From Fimbriimonadales bacterium (lineage in GTDB: Bacteria > Armatimonadota > Fimbriimonadia > Fimbriimonadales > ATM1): a DNA stretch of 64,000 nt. Below are positions 29,358-39,164 of the stretch, in pieces. Location of the stretch: NCBI GenBank assembly GCA_041744215.1, contig JBGTLG010000015.1:1-64000 (forward strand), in the 5' to 3' direction. How positions within the stretch are numbered: the stretch's first letter is position 1; each line of letters starts with the position of its first letter. The notes under the pieces are model-generated. The model was not told where the DNA came from, searched no databases, and saw only the letters and a program-made list of their open reading frames with translations. The position numbers were made by a program, and so were the translations under genes.

Positions 29358-29595
29358 GGAAAGAGTCGGTGTCCTAACCTGGTTTGTCATCGCGGTGGGT
29401 CTTGCTGCATTCCTCCTCCTCGCGCTGTGGCCCGGCATGGGAATAACCGCACTCTACATCGTATTGCTCACGCCTCTCGCCGCTGCCTCGGTCACTGGGG
29501 TGGAGTTGATCTGCGATCGCAGATTGAGATCTGGAAGTATGCTTCTGCTCTCCGTGGTTATAATCGTTGTCGCAGTTTTATGGGGAGTGAGATGA
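29350..29595 (+). CDS. Small membrane protein (possibly DUF1634-like partner of TauE)
   Basis: Three hydrophobic helices, LLTP motif, translationally coupled to neighbours. Confidence 0.6.
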   Translation: MAKERVGVLTWFVIAVGLAAFLLLALWPGMGITALYIVLLTPLAAASVTGVELICDRRLRSGSMLLLSVVIIVVAVLWGVR

Positions 29596-30395
29596 GGGGG
29601 ATCCGGGTAAGGGCGCATGCGAAAATCAACCCAGTCCTTCGCGTTGGCGAAGCCCGACAAGACGGATACCACGATGTTTGGACTGTGTACCAATTGATCG
29701 ATCTGCACGATATCGTTGAGATAACCTCTGCAGAATCTACACGTGTTTTATGCACCGATGAGACGCTTAGTGGAGATTCGAATCTCGCTTCAAAAGCGCT
29801 TCGACTCCTAAGCGAGTGGATTAAGGTGCCGCCCTTGAGAATCTTTATCGACAAGCGGATTCCGATTGAGGCAGGCTTAGGCGGGGGCAGCAGCGACGCT
29901 GCTGCGACCCTATGGGGGGTCAACGAAATCCTGGATCGGCCGCTGCACGCGATAGACCTTGTGCAAATCGCAGCCGCTTGTGGCTCAGACGTTCCATTCC
30001 TAACCTTGCGCACTCCTCGTGCGATTGGAACGGGACGGGGCGAGCAAGTCCAACCCATCGAGGCTGACAGCGAATCACCGATTGTGCTGGCAAAGCCACA
30101 TGTTGGATGCAGCACGGCAAAAATGTACGCAAAGCTCGCGGTGCGATCCGGCGCTGTTCCGCCGGATGATCTCTCGTTACATCAGAATGACTTTGATGCG
30201 ATTGCTCCGAGCGAATCCAGCAAGCTTATCAAAATGCTGAACGGTCACCTTTGTGGCAGTGGAGCCGCGGTCTATTCGCAGGCGTCAACCGCAGCCGATG
30301 CCATTAGCATGGCGCACGGGTTGCAGACAGAAGGCTATTGGGCGGACGCCACGCACACAATTCGGAAGATCTCGGAGGCCGAGTGGATTCAGTAG
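29592..30395 (+). CDS. ispE: 4-diphosphocytidyl-2-C-methyl-D-erythritol kinase
   Basis: AHAKIN, DGYH, KRIPIEAGLGGGSSDAA, GSDVPF. Confidence 0.95.
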   Translation: MRGIRVRAHAKINPVLRVGEARQDGYHDVWTVYQLIDLHDIVEITSAESTRVLCTDETLSGDSNLASKALRLLSEWIKVPPLRIFIDKRIPIEAGLGGGSSDAAATLWGVNEILDRPLHAIDLVQIAAACGSDVPFLTLRTPRAIGTGRGEQVQPIEADSESPIVLAKPHVGCSTAKMYAKLAVRSGAVPPDDLSLHQNDFDAIAPSESSKLIKMLNGHLCGSGAAVYSQASTAADAISMAHGLQTEGYWADATHTIRKISEAEWIQ

Positions 30396-31123
30396 TGTTG
30401 GCTGGGGGAAGGTGCCCAGACGACTTGCGGGCCGCAACAGGATGCGAGTTTCGAGGTGATCTTCCATTTGGAGATCGCCGGATGGTTGAGATTGTAGTTG
30501 ACGCGATCGATGAAATGTTTGGCGGTGAAAATCGAATCATCGTCGTCGGCGCCCATGTTGACGGACGCGAATGCTTGCCGCCCGGAGATTCATTTCTTGG
30601 GAGCCTAAAGAGTGGCGTGGACTCCGCATCCACTGAGCGAGTCCTCATCGCAACCGCAGACATACCCTTCATCACGGTTGGCGCGCTCCGGCACTTCGTG
30701 GAGAATTCCGTTCGGCACGCGATGCTCAATTGGCCCGTTGTTCCCGTAGAGGCGTGCCAGAGGTTGTTCCCCACCATGCGGCGAACCACGATAAAAACGA
30801 GGGAGGGGAGATTCACCGGAGGCAACCTCGGACTGATCGACCGGTCCCGCTTCAATAAGGTCTACCCTGTCATAGAAACAGCCTATCGTCTTCGCAAGAA
30901 ACCGCTCAGACTTGCTTCGATGGTTGGAATTGGAACGCTGCTCCGCCTCATCATTGGGCAAGCACTTCCGTCGACCCTGCCGATCTCAGCCTTAGAATCC
31001 GCCGTCGGGAGGCTTCTGGGGGATCGGGTTCAATCGGTTGTCTCACCATTCGCTGAAGTCGGAACCGACGTGGACAGCCTTGAGCAATATCAAGCGGCGA
31101 CCGAAACACTTCGCGCCCACTGA
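30383..31123 (+). CDS. MobA-like NTP transferase domain protein
   Basis: VVLAGG, ADIPF, FTGGN, DVD. Confidence 0.85.
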   Translation: MDSVVLAGGRCPDDLRAATGCEFRGDLPFGDRRMVEIVVDAIDEMFGGENRIIVVGAHVDGRECLPPGDSFLGSLKSGVDSASTERVLIATADIPFITVGALRHFVENSVRHAMLNWPVVPVEACQRLFPTMRRTTIKTREGRFTGGNLGLIDRSRFNKVYPVIETAYRLRKKPLRLASMVGIGTLLRLIIGQALPSTLPISALESAVGRLLGDRVQSVVSPFAEVGTDVDSLEQYQAATETLRAH

Positions 31124-31162
31124 AGGATTCGGCCCACCGGCCGATGATATCAATGAGCACTG

Positions 31163-31453
31163 ATGAGAAGCGAATCCTTAAGCGTGCCCGGCTGGAGCGT
31201 AGCGAATCTCGCGATGCTTAAGTCAGCGCTCCTGTCACTGCGAGGGGTCACGGATGCATCGGCAATTACGCGCGCGCGCACGGACGGAGTGACACAAGTA
31301 GTAGCATTGGTTACAGTTGAGCCGTGCGCACACCTAGAGCCGCAGGATGTGATGAAAGCTCTCAAACTAAGATTCGAACCGAGCCGGTGCCCGGACCAAA
31401 TTTTGGTTGTCGTGGATTCGCAAGCTCGGGTGCGGTTACGGCCAGCGGCCTGA
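31163..31453 (+). CDS. Hypothetical protein (AMP-binding enzyme C-terminal-like)
   Basis: L..L.GVTDA...VVALV...PDQI pattern. Confidence 0.5.
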   Translation: MRSESLSVPGWSVANLAMLKSALLSLRGVTDASAITRARTDGVTQVVALVTVEPCAHLEPQDVMKALKLRFEPSRCPDQILVVVDSQARVRLRPAA

Positions 31454-31454
31454 G

Positions 31455-31691
31455 CTAATCCTCGTCTTCGTCCTCAGCCTCTTCGCCTTCGGCTAAGGCT
31501 TCTAGCGACTCAACCTCGACGTCGGCGATGACCTCTTCATCCTTGCTGTCATCTTCATCGAGAGCAGGAAATGTCGGGATGACCCCGAGAGTTGATCCCG
31601 GACATGCGTTGCATCTGAAAGTAATCTTTGTGCCGTCCAGCCAGACTGGCACCTTCGGAACCGGGTTTCCACAAATCGAACAATTAGGCAT
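31455..31691 (-). CDS. Small zinc-ribbon protein with acidic tail
   Basis: CSIC...CNAC followed by a D/E-rich C-terminus. Confidence 0.75.
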   Translation of the reverse strand: MPNCSICGNPVPKVPVWLDGTKITFRCNACPGSTLGVIPTFPALDEDDSKDEEVIADVEVESLEALAEGEEAEDEDED

Positions 31692-31989
31692 CTGTACTTC
31701 CTCTTACTTCTTCAGCAGAAGACTGCTTGACGTGACCCGCAAACTCGGCTAGGTACGCCTTGTGACTCACGAGGCCGTTCAACAAAAAGAGAACCGCCGC
31801 TCCGAAATAGATCCAAGGCAGTCGAGGATCAAGCGGATTGACAATGTCACGAATTTGCCCGGGGTCGCCGATCACCGCAGCACCACGAAAAACCCCGACA
31901 AGCCCAACGACGGCGAGCAGGATTCCAAAGATGAAGTAGGTGTTCCAATACCAAGCCTTGGGCCTGGGGGAACGGTTTCGGCGTGCCAC
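31684..31989 (-). CDS. Two-TM hypothetical membrane protein
   Basis: Two hydrophobic helices; overlaps the start of the next gene. Confidence 0.7.
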   Translation of the reverse strand: MARRNRSPRPKAWYWNTYFIFGILLAVVGLVGVFRGAAVIGDPGQIRDIVNPLDPRLPWIYFGAAVLFLLNGLVSHKAYLAEFAGHVKQSSAEEVRGSTDA

Positions 31990-31999
31990 AGGAGGCCGA

Positions 32000-32194
32000 T
32001 TATACTCTCAGGTCGAGATTTTGGCCCAAATGAGATTGCGCGCTCGCCAAGAGCCGCGCATTCTCCTTCTCATGCTCTAAAGCCTTCTTGAGCAACCGAG
32101 CTTCGAACTCAAGTTGAGACGCTTGTGGTGGCGCTGAACCGTACACCCTGGAGACCAACGGGTTCGGGCTTCCCTGAACAGGCTGCGTACTCAT
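32000..32194 (-). CDS. Small protein, YjfB / putative motility protein-like
   Basis: LLKKALE...LL and C-terminal LGQNLDLRV. Confidence 0.6.
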   Translation of the reverse strand: MSTQPVQGSPNPLVSRVYGSAPPQASQLEFEARLLKKALEHEKENARLLASAQSHLGQNLDLRV

Positions 32195-32195
32195 C

Positions 32196-33062
32196 TTACA
32201 GCAAGCACTTTGCGGCTAGAGTCCTTTCAGTCACCGATGACAACATCTTTTCGAAGTCTTGCGGCGTTCGCAGCCCCACCTGATGGAACGATTCCGGGTC
32301 GTACGCACACAAAAGGTGGTCACTGCCCAAGCCGGTAGCTAGAACGGCTGCAAGGCGGTCGGCGACGTGGACGACGTTCACCAAGCCGCGATCAGCTTCA
32401 CAAGCTGAGGGAACATGATGATACAGAATCGGGTTCAGTAGCCTCTCCGGCAGATCCCAGCGGGTGCCCAGTGCATACCCAACTTCAGTGTGGTCGAATC
32501 CGAACGCCCTTCGCTCGGCCTCTGCAATCGTCGCCTTAGACTTGACAGCGAATTCGGGAATCTTCGCCATCCGATCCGGCGAATGAACTGTCAAAACAAT
32601 CTTGCCGACGTTATGAAGAAGTCCAGCGCAAAACGCCTCTTCCGATTGCCCCGGCGCACACGCGTCTGCAACGGTTTCGCTCGCCACGGCGACGGCGACG
32701 GCATGATTCCACAACGGCACAAGCATCTCGCGGCGTCTCGCGTCTTCGTTGTCGTACCACCTTTGTGAGGTTGCGAGAAGCGCCAGGTTGCGGACGCTGG
32801 CTTTCCCTAACAAGCTCACTGCATCGACGACGGCTGCGACCTCCCTGGGGAGCCCGTAATACGCCGAGTTCGCAAGCTGCAAAACCTTTGCAGCGAGTGC
32901 CTGATCCTTGGCGACCGACGCTGCGATTTGAGTGGTCGAACTGTTGAACTCACCGGCCAAACGAACAACCTCGAATACTGCTGTTGGAAGCGCTGGTAGG
33001 TGCGGCGCAGAATCGAGTAATCGCGCGATTTGCTCTTGGGTGTTAACTTGGTTTAGCGCCAT
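32196..33062 (-). CDS. HDOD domain protein
   Basis: LPALP, DQALAAKVLQLANSAYYG, AGLLHNVGK, FDHTEVG, YHH. Confidence 0.95.
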   Translation of the reverse strand: MALNQVNTQEQIARLLDSAPHLPALPTAVFEVVRLAGEFNSSTTQIAASVAKDQALAAKVLQLANSAYYGLPREVAAVVDAVSLLGKASVRNLALLATSQRWYDNEDARRREMLVPLWNHAVAVAVASETVADACAPGQSEEAFCAGLLHNVGKIVLTVHSPDRMAKIPEFAVKSKATIAEAERRAFGFDHTEVGYALGTRWDLPERLLNPILYHHVPSACEADRGLVNVVHVADRLAAVLATGLGSDHLLCAYDPESFHQVGLRTPQDFEKMLSSVTERTLAAKCLL

Positions 33063-33067
33063 GTCGC

Positions 33068-33562
33068 CTAGTTTCTCCCCATCATGAAGAGGGTCTCGCG
33101 CCCATCTCCACTCGTTACGGTCAAGTGCCCGTCAGAAACCCTGAGTGAGCAGGTTCGCCCAAAGGCCCCTCCGACTTCACACGTCACTTCGGATACTCCA
33201 ATCTGCTCCAAATAGCCCTTCGACGACTTGAGAGCAGTCTCCATAACTGGCCATAACAAATCCTCTTCTGGCCCTAGCTCTTGCCGATAGCGGGCACCTC
33301 CCACAATCACGCACCGAAAGTTGCTCTTCGCGGCCCCGGTGGCTGTCAGTAGCTGAACTAATGATTCAAGCCTGTGGTCCGTCTGCGAGCCTAGGTTCGA
33401 ACTCCGTTCCGGAAACGGAATGTGAGCCATCCCTCCCACATGCGAGACGGGCTCATAAACGACGACAGTCACCCCTGACCCCACAGGCGGGGCGACGAGA
33501 CTTCCCTGTTGGCCAGCTATGGCTATGCCGCCAAATGACACGGTTTCTTCGTGAAAACCCAT
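33068..33562 (-). CDS. CheD-like protein lacking the catalytic Cys
   Basis: VGSGV...GGMAH..., VGGA, EVGGAFGR. Start uncertain (33562 or 33601). Confidence 0.75.
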   Translation of the reverse strand: MGFHEETVSFGGIAIAGQQGSLVAPPVGSGVTVVVYEPVSHVGGMAHIPFPERSSNLGSQTDHRLESLVQLLTATGAAKSNFRCVIVGGARYRQELGPEEDLLWPVMETALKSSKGYLEQIGVSEVTCEVGGAFGRTCSLRVSDGHLTVTSGDGRETLFMMGRN

Positions 33563-33766
33563 TGGTGCTTCCTTCCTTGCCTTGATGCGTCTGCGTACCA
33601 CGGCTGTATTCCATTGTCGGCAGGTTCCCCGTGCTGGTAGATACGCCTGTGCTTAGATTGTCGAGATTTCGGCTAGGTGGGCCATCTGGCGCCCAACCCC
33701 AGTATCGAGCAAAATGCTTTGAACTGCCTCGGCCTCAAAGGACACAAATCAACCGGAAAACCCTGA

Positions 33767-34276
33767 ATGGACCCAGTGGCCCAACGCGCAGCGACAGGAG
33801 ATCGCGAAGCTATGGCGGACATCGTACGGCTCTTCTATGCCGACGTCCACCGCTTCTGCTCGCGCTTCGTCGGTGTCGATGCCGCCGAAGACGCCACCCA
33901 AGAGACCTTCATCGCCGCCCACAAGCGGATACGGGGATTCCGAGGTGACTCATCCTTGAAGACCTGGCTATTCGGCATCGCGCTGAACATATCGCGAAAC
34001 GCAAAACGGAAGAGGCAGCCGGTCCCGCTCGCTGACTGGGACTACCCGGCGGAGTCCGACCCAGCTGATCGGTTGATCGAAGCCGAACAGCTTAGATGCG
34101 CCCTCGCTAAACTCTCGCCCGAACACCGCGAAGTCGTCATCCTTCATGAGATGGAAGGCCTCAGCTACGACGAATGCGGAAACCTCATTGGCGTTCCGTC
34201 TGGAACTGTCAAGAGCCGCTTACACCACGCCTTTCGACAACTCCGCTCCCACCTACAAACGGGAGAACCAGCATGA
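33767..34276 (+). CDS. ECF RNA polymerase sigma factor
   Basis: AEDATQETF, KTWLFGIA, EGLSYDE...GTVKSRL. Confidence 0.95.
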   Translation: MDPVAQRAATGDREAMADIVRLFYADVHRFCSRFVGVDAAEDATQETFIAAHKRIRGFRGDSSLKTWLFGIALNISRNAKRKRQPVPLADWDYPAESDPADRLIEAEQLRCALAKLSPEHREVVILHEMEGLSYDECGNLIGVPSGTVKSRLHHAFRQLRSHLQTGEPA

Positions 34277-35448
34277 ACAACGACCTTCGCGAAGACCTGA
34301 AAGCCTACATCGACGGCGAGCTCGAACCTGGAAGAGCCGAACAAATCCGTGTCGCGCTCGAAACGGACGAAACTCTGCGAAAGGAAGAAGAGTTTATGAG
34401 AAGCCTGGGCAGGAGCTTTGCATCCCTCCGCCCGACTTCGGAGGCTTCACCTCAATCAGCGGAGAAGTCTGCGGCTTCATTCATCAGGAAGCGCCGTTCG
34501 ATCCTCGGGTCTCCATGGGTGTGGGCCGGAGCATGCAGCATCCTCCTCATCGTGGTGCTCGCTCGGCCTCTGATCCAGTCCGCGCAGTCCGAACTCAGTG
34601 GCTCGGACAGCCCGAGCCCCTTTCCCGCAGCCTCGAGCAGCGGCAACGCATCTCCTCCCGCGCCCGAGGCGCCAGCGGTAGGAGGCGCCACCGACATGCA
34701 CGAGTCGGAGCCGGGGCGCATCACGCCACAACCCGAGGAATCGTCTATCTCTGCAGCTCCGCCAGGCCCGGCCGGATTTACTCGCGCTCTGATTCGAACT
34801 GGCTCGCTTACGCTCCGCGTTGAAAGCGTTGACGCGACCCGCGACGAGATCACCCAGCGCGTCTCAGCGTGGGGTGGCTACGTCGAGGGCCAAACGAAGC
34901 GTGACTCTCAGGCCAGAGTCGCCGAGGGCGAGATGATCCTGCGAGTTCCCTCGGAACGCTTCGATGAAGCGATGGCAGAACTTGAGTCGCAGGGCGAAAC
35001 CATCAACAGCAACACCACCAGCGACGATGTCTCCGATCAAATCGTCGACTTGGATGCTCGCCTCAAGACGATGCGTGCGCAGGAGGAAATCTACCGGAAG
35101 CTGCTCGGTGAAGCCAAGACTGTCGGCCAAGTGATGCAAGTTCAAGATCGCCTCAGTTCCCTTCGCGCCGAGATCGAGAGCATTGATGCGCGTGCGCAGA
35201 GTTTAAAGAACCTCGCGGCGCTCTCGACCATCCGAGTTCACCTAATCCAGCGGCCAAGCGCATCAGAGGCGGCATCGACATCAGGTTGGGCAGGCGATGC
35301 TTGGGCTAACGCTGTCAAGGGAGTTGCCGGAGCCCTGCAGACTATTGCGACCGCCGTCATCTTCGTCCTTGTCTGGCTACCGATATGGCTGCCATTGACT
35401 TTGTTGCTGATTGTCGTTTATCGCCGTGCACTCTCGCCGAGAACCTGA
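34273..35448 (+). CDS. Anti-sigma-like N-terminus, TM helix and DUF4349 domain protein
   Basis: LKAYIDGEL, TM helix, LRVPSERF, DVSDQIVDLDARL; coupled to the sigma gene by ATGA overlap. Confidence 0.88.
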   Translation: MNNDLREDLKAYIDGELEPGRAEQIRVALETDETLRKEEEFMRSLGRSFASLRPTSEASPQSAEKSAASFIRKRRSILGSPWVWAGACSILLIVVLARPLIQSAQSELSGSDSPSPFPAASSSGNASPPAPEAPAVGGATDMHESEPGRITPQPEESSISAAPPGPAGFTRALIRTGSLTLRVESVDATRDEITQRVSAWGGYVEGQTKRDSQARVAEGEMILRVPSERFDEAMAELESQGETINSNTTSDDVSDQIVDLDARLKTMRAQEEIYRKLLGEAKTVGQVMQVQDRLSSLRAEIESIDARAQSLKNLAALSTIRVHLIQRPSASEAASTSGWAGDAWANAVKGVAGALQTIATAVIFVLVWLPIWLPLTLLLIVVYRRALSPRT

Positions 35449-36680
35449 TGCAGCCCAACCTTCGCCTCGCTTAATAGATAGAAGCTTCCCGAAATCAAAA
35501 TCACGTCAACCTCCGTCGCCTCGTGAATCGCATTCAAAACGGCGTCCTTGACTGAGGTGTGCACCTTGGCAGACTCAGGCAGCGCGCGCCTCAGCGCGCT
35601 CGCCGTCAGTCCGCGCGGATGCTGCATCGGTGCAGCGTGAACTGTGTCAGCGTCAAAAGCGAGCACAGTAGAGCTTGGATCGTGCCCGGATCCGGCGCTA
35701 TATACAAGAATCACCTTTGCGTTGCCATGCCGTTTTCTAATCGCTCCCGAAACAGCGCTGGCTGCCTGATCGTTATGTGCGCCGTCCAAAATGACCGTCG
35801 GCCGGTCGTGGATGACCTCCATTCGTCCAGGCAAGGCTAAGGAAGTGACTACCTGATCGATCACGTCGTCGCTTATAGTTAGACCAACTATGTCGAGAGC
35901 GGCAACCGCAGTTGCCGCATTCCTGCGTTCGTGCACAGCCATCTTGCCAAGGTCCACAGAATGCCTGCGCACCGGAGTGGAGATTCGGTTTAAGCCAATT
36001 CGGATCTCGTCGCCCAAACACCAAATCTCCGATTCGCACATCCGCGCCACATCGAGGATCACCTGTGTCGCACGAGGATCGCTTGTTCCGCAAACGACCG
36101 GTTTGCCTGGCTTAATGATCCCAGCCTTCTCTTGCGCAATCGCCTCAATGGTGTCGCCCAAGTACTGCTGGTGATCCAAACCGATCTCTGTGATAATGCT
36201 AACGAGTGGGTCCACGACATTCGTCGCGTCCAGCCTCCCCCCTAGGCCTACTTCGAGTGCGACGTAGTCACATTTCTGTTCTTTCCAGTAGGTGAATCCA
36301 ACAGCGGTCTTAAACTCAAACTCCGTTGGTCCGCAGAAAATCGACGTCGCCAGCGACTCTGAAATCGGCACCAGCGAAGCAGTGATTCGCGACAAGTCCT
36401 CCTCCGCAATCATTTCGCCGTCGATCTGAATACGTTCTCGAAAATCGTACACGTAGGGCGAAAGAAAACTCCCCGTACGATAGCCGCTTCGAGTTAGCAT
36501 CAACTGCACCAGTGATACCACGGACCCCTTGCCATTCGTTCCGGCAACGTGGAAGAAGTGCGGGCCGGAAAGGTGCGGTTCCCCGAATCGCGCCAACAGT
36601 TCCTCCATCCGATCCAGCCCGAGCCGCCATCCGCGTTTCTCGAGACTGGAGATGTACTCCAGCGCTTGTTGGTACGTCAC
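35418..36680 (-). CDS. folC: Folylpolyglutamate synthase / dihydrofolate synthase
   Basis: HVAGTNGKGS, EVGLGGRLDATN, LDGAHN, GSFYL. Confidence 0.97.
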   Translation of the reverse strand: MTYQQALEYISSLEKRGWRLGLDRMEELLARFGEPHLSGPHFFHVAGTNGKGSVVSLVQLMLTRSGYRTGSFLSPYVYDFRERIQIDGEMIAEEDLSRITASLVPISESLATSIFCGPTEFEFKTAVGFTYWKEQKCDYVALEVGLGGRLDATNVVDPLVSIITEIGLDHQQYLGDTIEAIAQEKAGIIKPGKPVVCGTSDPRATQVILDVARMCESEIWCLGDEIRIGLNRISTPVRRHSVDLGKMAVHERRNAATAVAALDIVGLTISDDVIDQVVTSLALPGRMEVIHDRPTVILDGAHNDQAASAVSGAIRKRHGNAKVILVYSAGSGHDPSSTVLAFDADTVHAAPMQHPRGLTASALRRALPESAKVHTSVKDAVLNAIHEATEVDVILISGSFYLLSEAKVGLHQVLGESARR

Positions 36681-37864
36681 GCGCCTGCGCCGACGAGAGC
36701 GACCTTGGCAATTCGTTCTGCAGCCTCAGCCATGCGCTCACCGTCTTTATCCCCGCTTACAGTGAGGCTCATCCGCACGAATCCTTCGCCAGCCGGCCCA
36801 TACCCGTTACCCGGGATCACAAGGACCTTTGCTTCCTCAAGAAGCCGCTTTGAGAACTCGGCAGATGACTCAGCCGTTGGCACCCGTGCCCAGATGTAGA
36901 AAGCACCCTTAGGCTTATCAACCTTCCAACCAGCAGCTGTGAGCCCATCCACAAGCACATCGCGACGCTTCTTATACAGTTCCATCGTGGCTGAATTGTT
37001 AGCTGAGTCCAACGCGTAAGCACCTGCTTCGGCAATTGCAGCGAACTGCTTGCTGTCGATGTTGTCTTTAAGTCGGCTGAGCGCTCCGATGGCGTCCTTG
37101 CAGCCGCAAGCGAAACCGATGCGCCAGCCCGTCATGTTGTACGGCTTGCTGAGAGAGTGAAACTCGATGGCGATATCCTTCGCCCCTTCGACCTGTAATG
37201 CGGTTGCACACCGGTATCCGTCGTAAGTAACCTGCGCATACGCGAGATCAGCAACTAATATGATGTCGTGATCCTTGCAGAACCGAACCACATCCTCATA
37301 AAAGGAAAGGGGTGCGACGGCACCCGTCGGGTTGTTTGGGTAGCAAGTGAAGAAAAGCTTTGCGTTCTTCGCCACGTCAACTGGGATGTCTTCTAACCTA
37401 GGAAGAAATCCGTTCTCCTCTCGTAACGTAGCGTCAAAGATTTTTGCACCGCACATGTCCGCCTGAATCCTGTAAACAGGGTATGCGGGATCTGGAACGA
37501 TGACTCCATCTCCAGGATCAACGAACGCCCACACCAGGTGTGCGAGCCCCTCCTTGCTTCCGATCACCTCGAGCATCTCTGCCGTTGGATCGAGACTAAC
37601 TCCGTATTCACGCTTGTACCAGCGCGCGCCTGCATCGAGAAACTTGCCCAGCCCTCGCGGCGACTCGTCGTACCGATGGTAGGCAGAATTCTGCGCGGCC
37701 TTCGACAGCGCGTCAATGATCTCGGGAGGAGTGGGTTGATCCGGGTCTCCAATTCCCAAATCGATGATGTCCTCTCCTCTGGCTTTCATCTCCGCTTTGA
37801 CACGGGCAATCTCAGCAAACAGATAGGGCGGAATCTTCTCAAGGCGAGTGGAGCGGGATGGCAT
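36677..37864 (-). CDS. Class I/II PLP aminotransferase, probably LL-diaminopimelate aminotransferase
   Basis: PYLF, LGIGDPD, GSKEG, YPNNPTGA, EFHSLSKPYNMTGWR. Confidence 0.85.
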   Translation of the reverse strand: MPSRSTRLEKIPPYLFAEIARVKAEMKARGEDIIDLGIGDPDQPTPPEIIDALSKAAQNSAYHRYDESPRGLGKFLDAGARWYKREYGVSLDPTAEMLEVIGSKEGLAHLVWAFVDPGDGVIVPDPAYPVYRIQADMCGAKIFDATLREENGFLPRLEDIPVDVAKNAKLFFTCYPNNPTGAVAPLSFYEDVVRFCKDHDIILVADLAYAQVTYDGYRCATALQVEGAKDIAIEFHSLSKPYNMTGWRIGFACGCKDAIGALSRLKDNIDSKQFAAIAEAGAYALDSANNSATMELYKKRRDVLVDGLTAAGWKVDKPKGAFYIWARVPTAESSAEFSKRLLEEAKVLVIPGNGYGPAGEGFVRMSLTVSGDKDGERMAEAAERIAKVALVGAGA

Positions 37865-37880
37865 GCCTCGATTCTACCGG

Positions 37881-38726
37881 TTAGCCGTGACCGCGCACCC
37901 GATCTACGCGAGAGCCCAACGTACGTAGGATCCTCCTCGCCATTTCAACATAGTCTGGCGAAGCATCCTCCATCTCGATAAGCAGATTGCAGTATCGCCT
38001 TGCACTCTCCTTATCCTCCAAATGGAGGTGGCAATAAGCCAACGCTAGGAGCGCATAAGATCTGTCTTCGCCAGTCGTTCCCACGGCGTGGGCACGCTTG
38101 AAGAATGGAATCGCCATCTCCTGCTTTGCACTCAGCTGATACCGGTCGCCAATCGCCAGAAGGGCACGCGCCAAGTGGACGCCTCGGTAACTGGAACGCT
38201 CTGCAGCTTCTAAGTGCGCCTCAGCCTCGTCCGTTCGCTTTCGCGAAGCGCAGATTAGAGCCATGCGCGCATTCGCTTCGCCGTCAGTCGGATCTGACTT
38301 CAGTTTCGCGGCAATTGCAGGATACGATCTGTAATGCTGAACGATCGGCATAAGCTCTGCAGCAAACTCCTCAGCAGCCAAGAGTCCCAACACCTCACCC
38401 CAGGTTTCCTCAGAAGTGTCGACAAAAAGAATCGTCGGATATGTTTCCAGTTTGAACTGCTTTGAAAGTAACTCGCCGTCCGCTTCTACATTCAGCTTCA
38501 CAGGAACGATGTTCTCACAAAGTCTAACAACCCTAGGATCGACAAAAGTCTCGGCCGTCATTTTCCGCCATTCGGGAGACTCGTCAATATAGAAACAAAC
38601 CATCATCAGCTTGTTCGAAAGCTTCGCATTCGCTTTGGCAGTCGGATAGTCTTTCGCCCATGGCAACTCAGCGGCGGCGCTCAATGAGAGGCAGAACGAC
38701 AACAAGGCGAAAAGCAATCCCTTCAT
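37881..38726 (-). CDS. Secreted thioredoxin-like fold plus TPR protein (no CxxC)
   Basis: Signal peptide, FYIDESPEW in place of WCxxC, YPTILF cis-Pro loop, TPR-like helices. Confidence 0.8.
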   Translation of the reverse strand: MKGLLFALLSFCLSLSAAAELPWAKDYPTAKANAKLSNKLMMVCFYIDESPEWRKMTAETFVDPRVVRLCENIVPVKLNVEADGELLSKQFKLETYPTILFVDTSEETWGEVLGLLAAEEFAAELMPIVQHYRSYPAIAAKLKSDPTDGEANARMALICASRKRTDEAEAHLEAAERSSYRGVHLARALLAIGDRYQLSAKQEMAIPFFKRAHAVGTTGEDRSYALLALAYCHLHLEDKESARRYCNLLIEMEDASPDYVEMARRILRTLGSRVDRVRGHG

Positions 38727-39148
38727 GAAACTCCTCCTGGCGACGTGTATTCTGGAGAATCTCGATCGGAACCTGGCGGTCTGTTCTCAAACCAAGTCCG
38801 CACCTCAGGTTTCAGCCACAGAATGCCAACCCAAATCGCAAACGGCAAAGCACAGCAATAGCTCAGCGAAAGCGCAATCAGGACAATGCCAACAACGTAC
38901 CCCCAGAACTTCCGCGGAACAAACGCGCCAACAAGGTAAGGAACTGCGAGTACATAGCACATGATGATTGATACTGTTATCAATGGCGTAACAGCAGCCC
39001 ACTCGGCCAGCTGCCTCTCTCGCTCGATTTCGTTGGGAATCTCGTTGAGCCACGACGGAACGTGCCCAACAAGTGCTTGGATGCCTACCCCAATCGCGAC
39101 CGACATCAACGAAACGCCAATGCAGAGCGCTCGATAGCCTTTCAGCAT
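38723..39148 (-). CDS. Hypothetical membrane protein
   Basis: Three to four hydrophobic helices; lies within an operon. Confidence 0.7.
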   Translation of the reverse strand: MLKGYRALCIGVSLMSVAIGVGIQALVGHVPSWLNEIPNEIERERQLAEWAAVTPLITVSIIMCYVLAVPYLVGAFVPRKFWGYVVGIVLIALSLSYCCALPFAIWVGILWLKPEVRTWFENRPPGSDRDSPEYTSPGGVS

Positions 39149-39164
39149 CCAGGTTCGCCACTGT

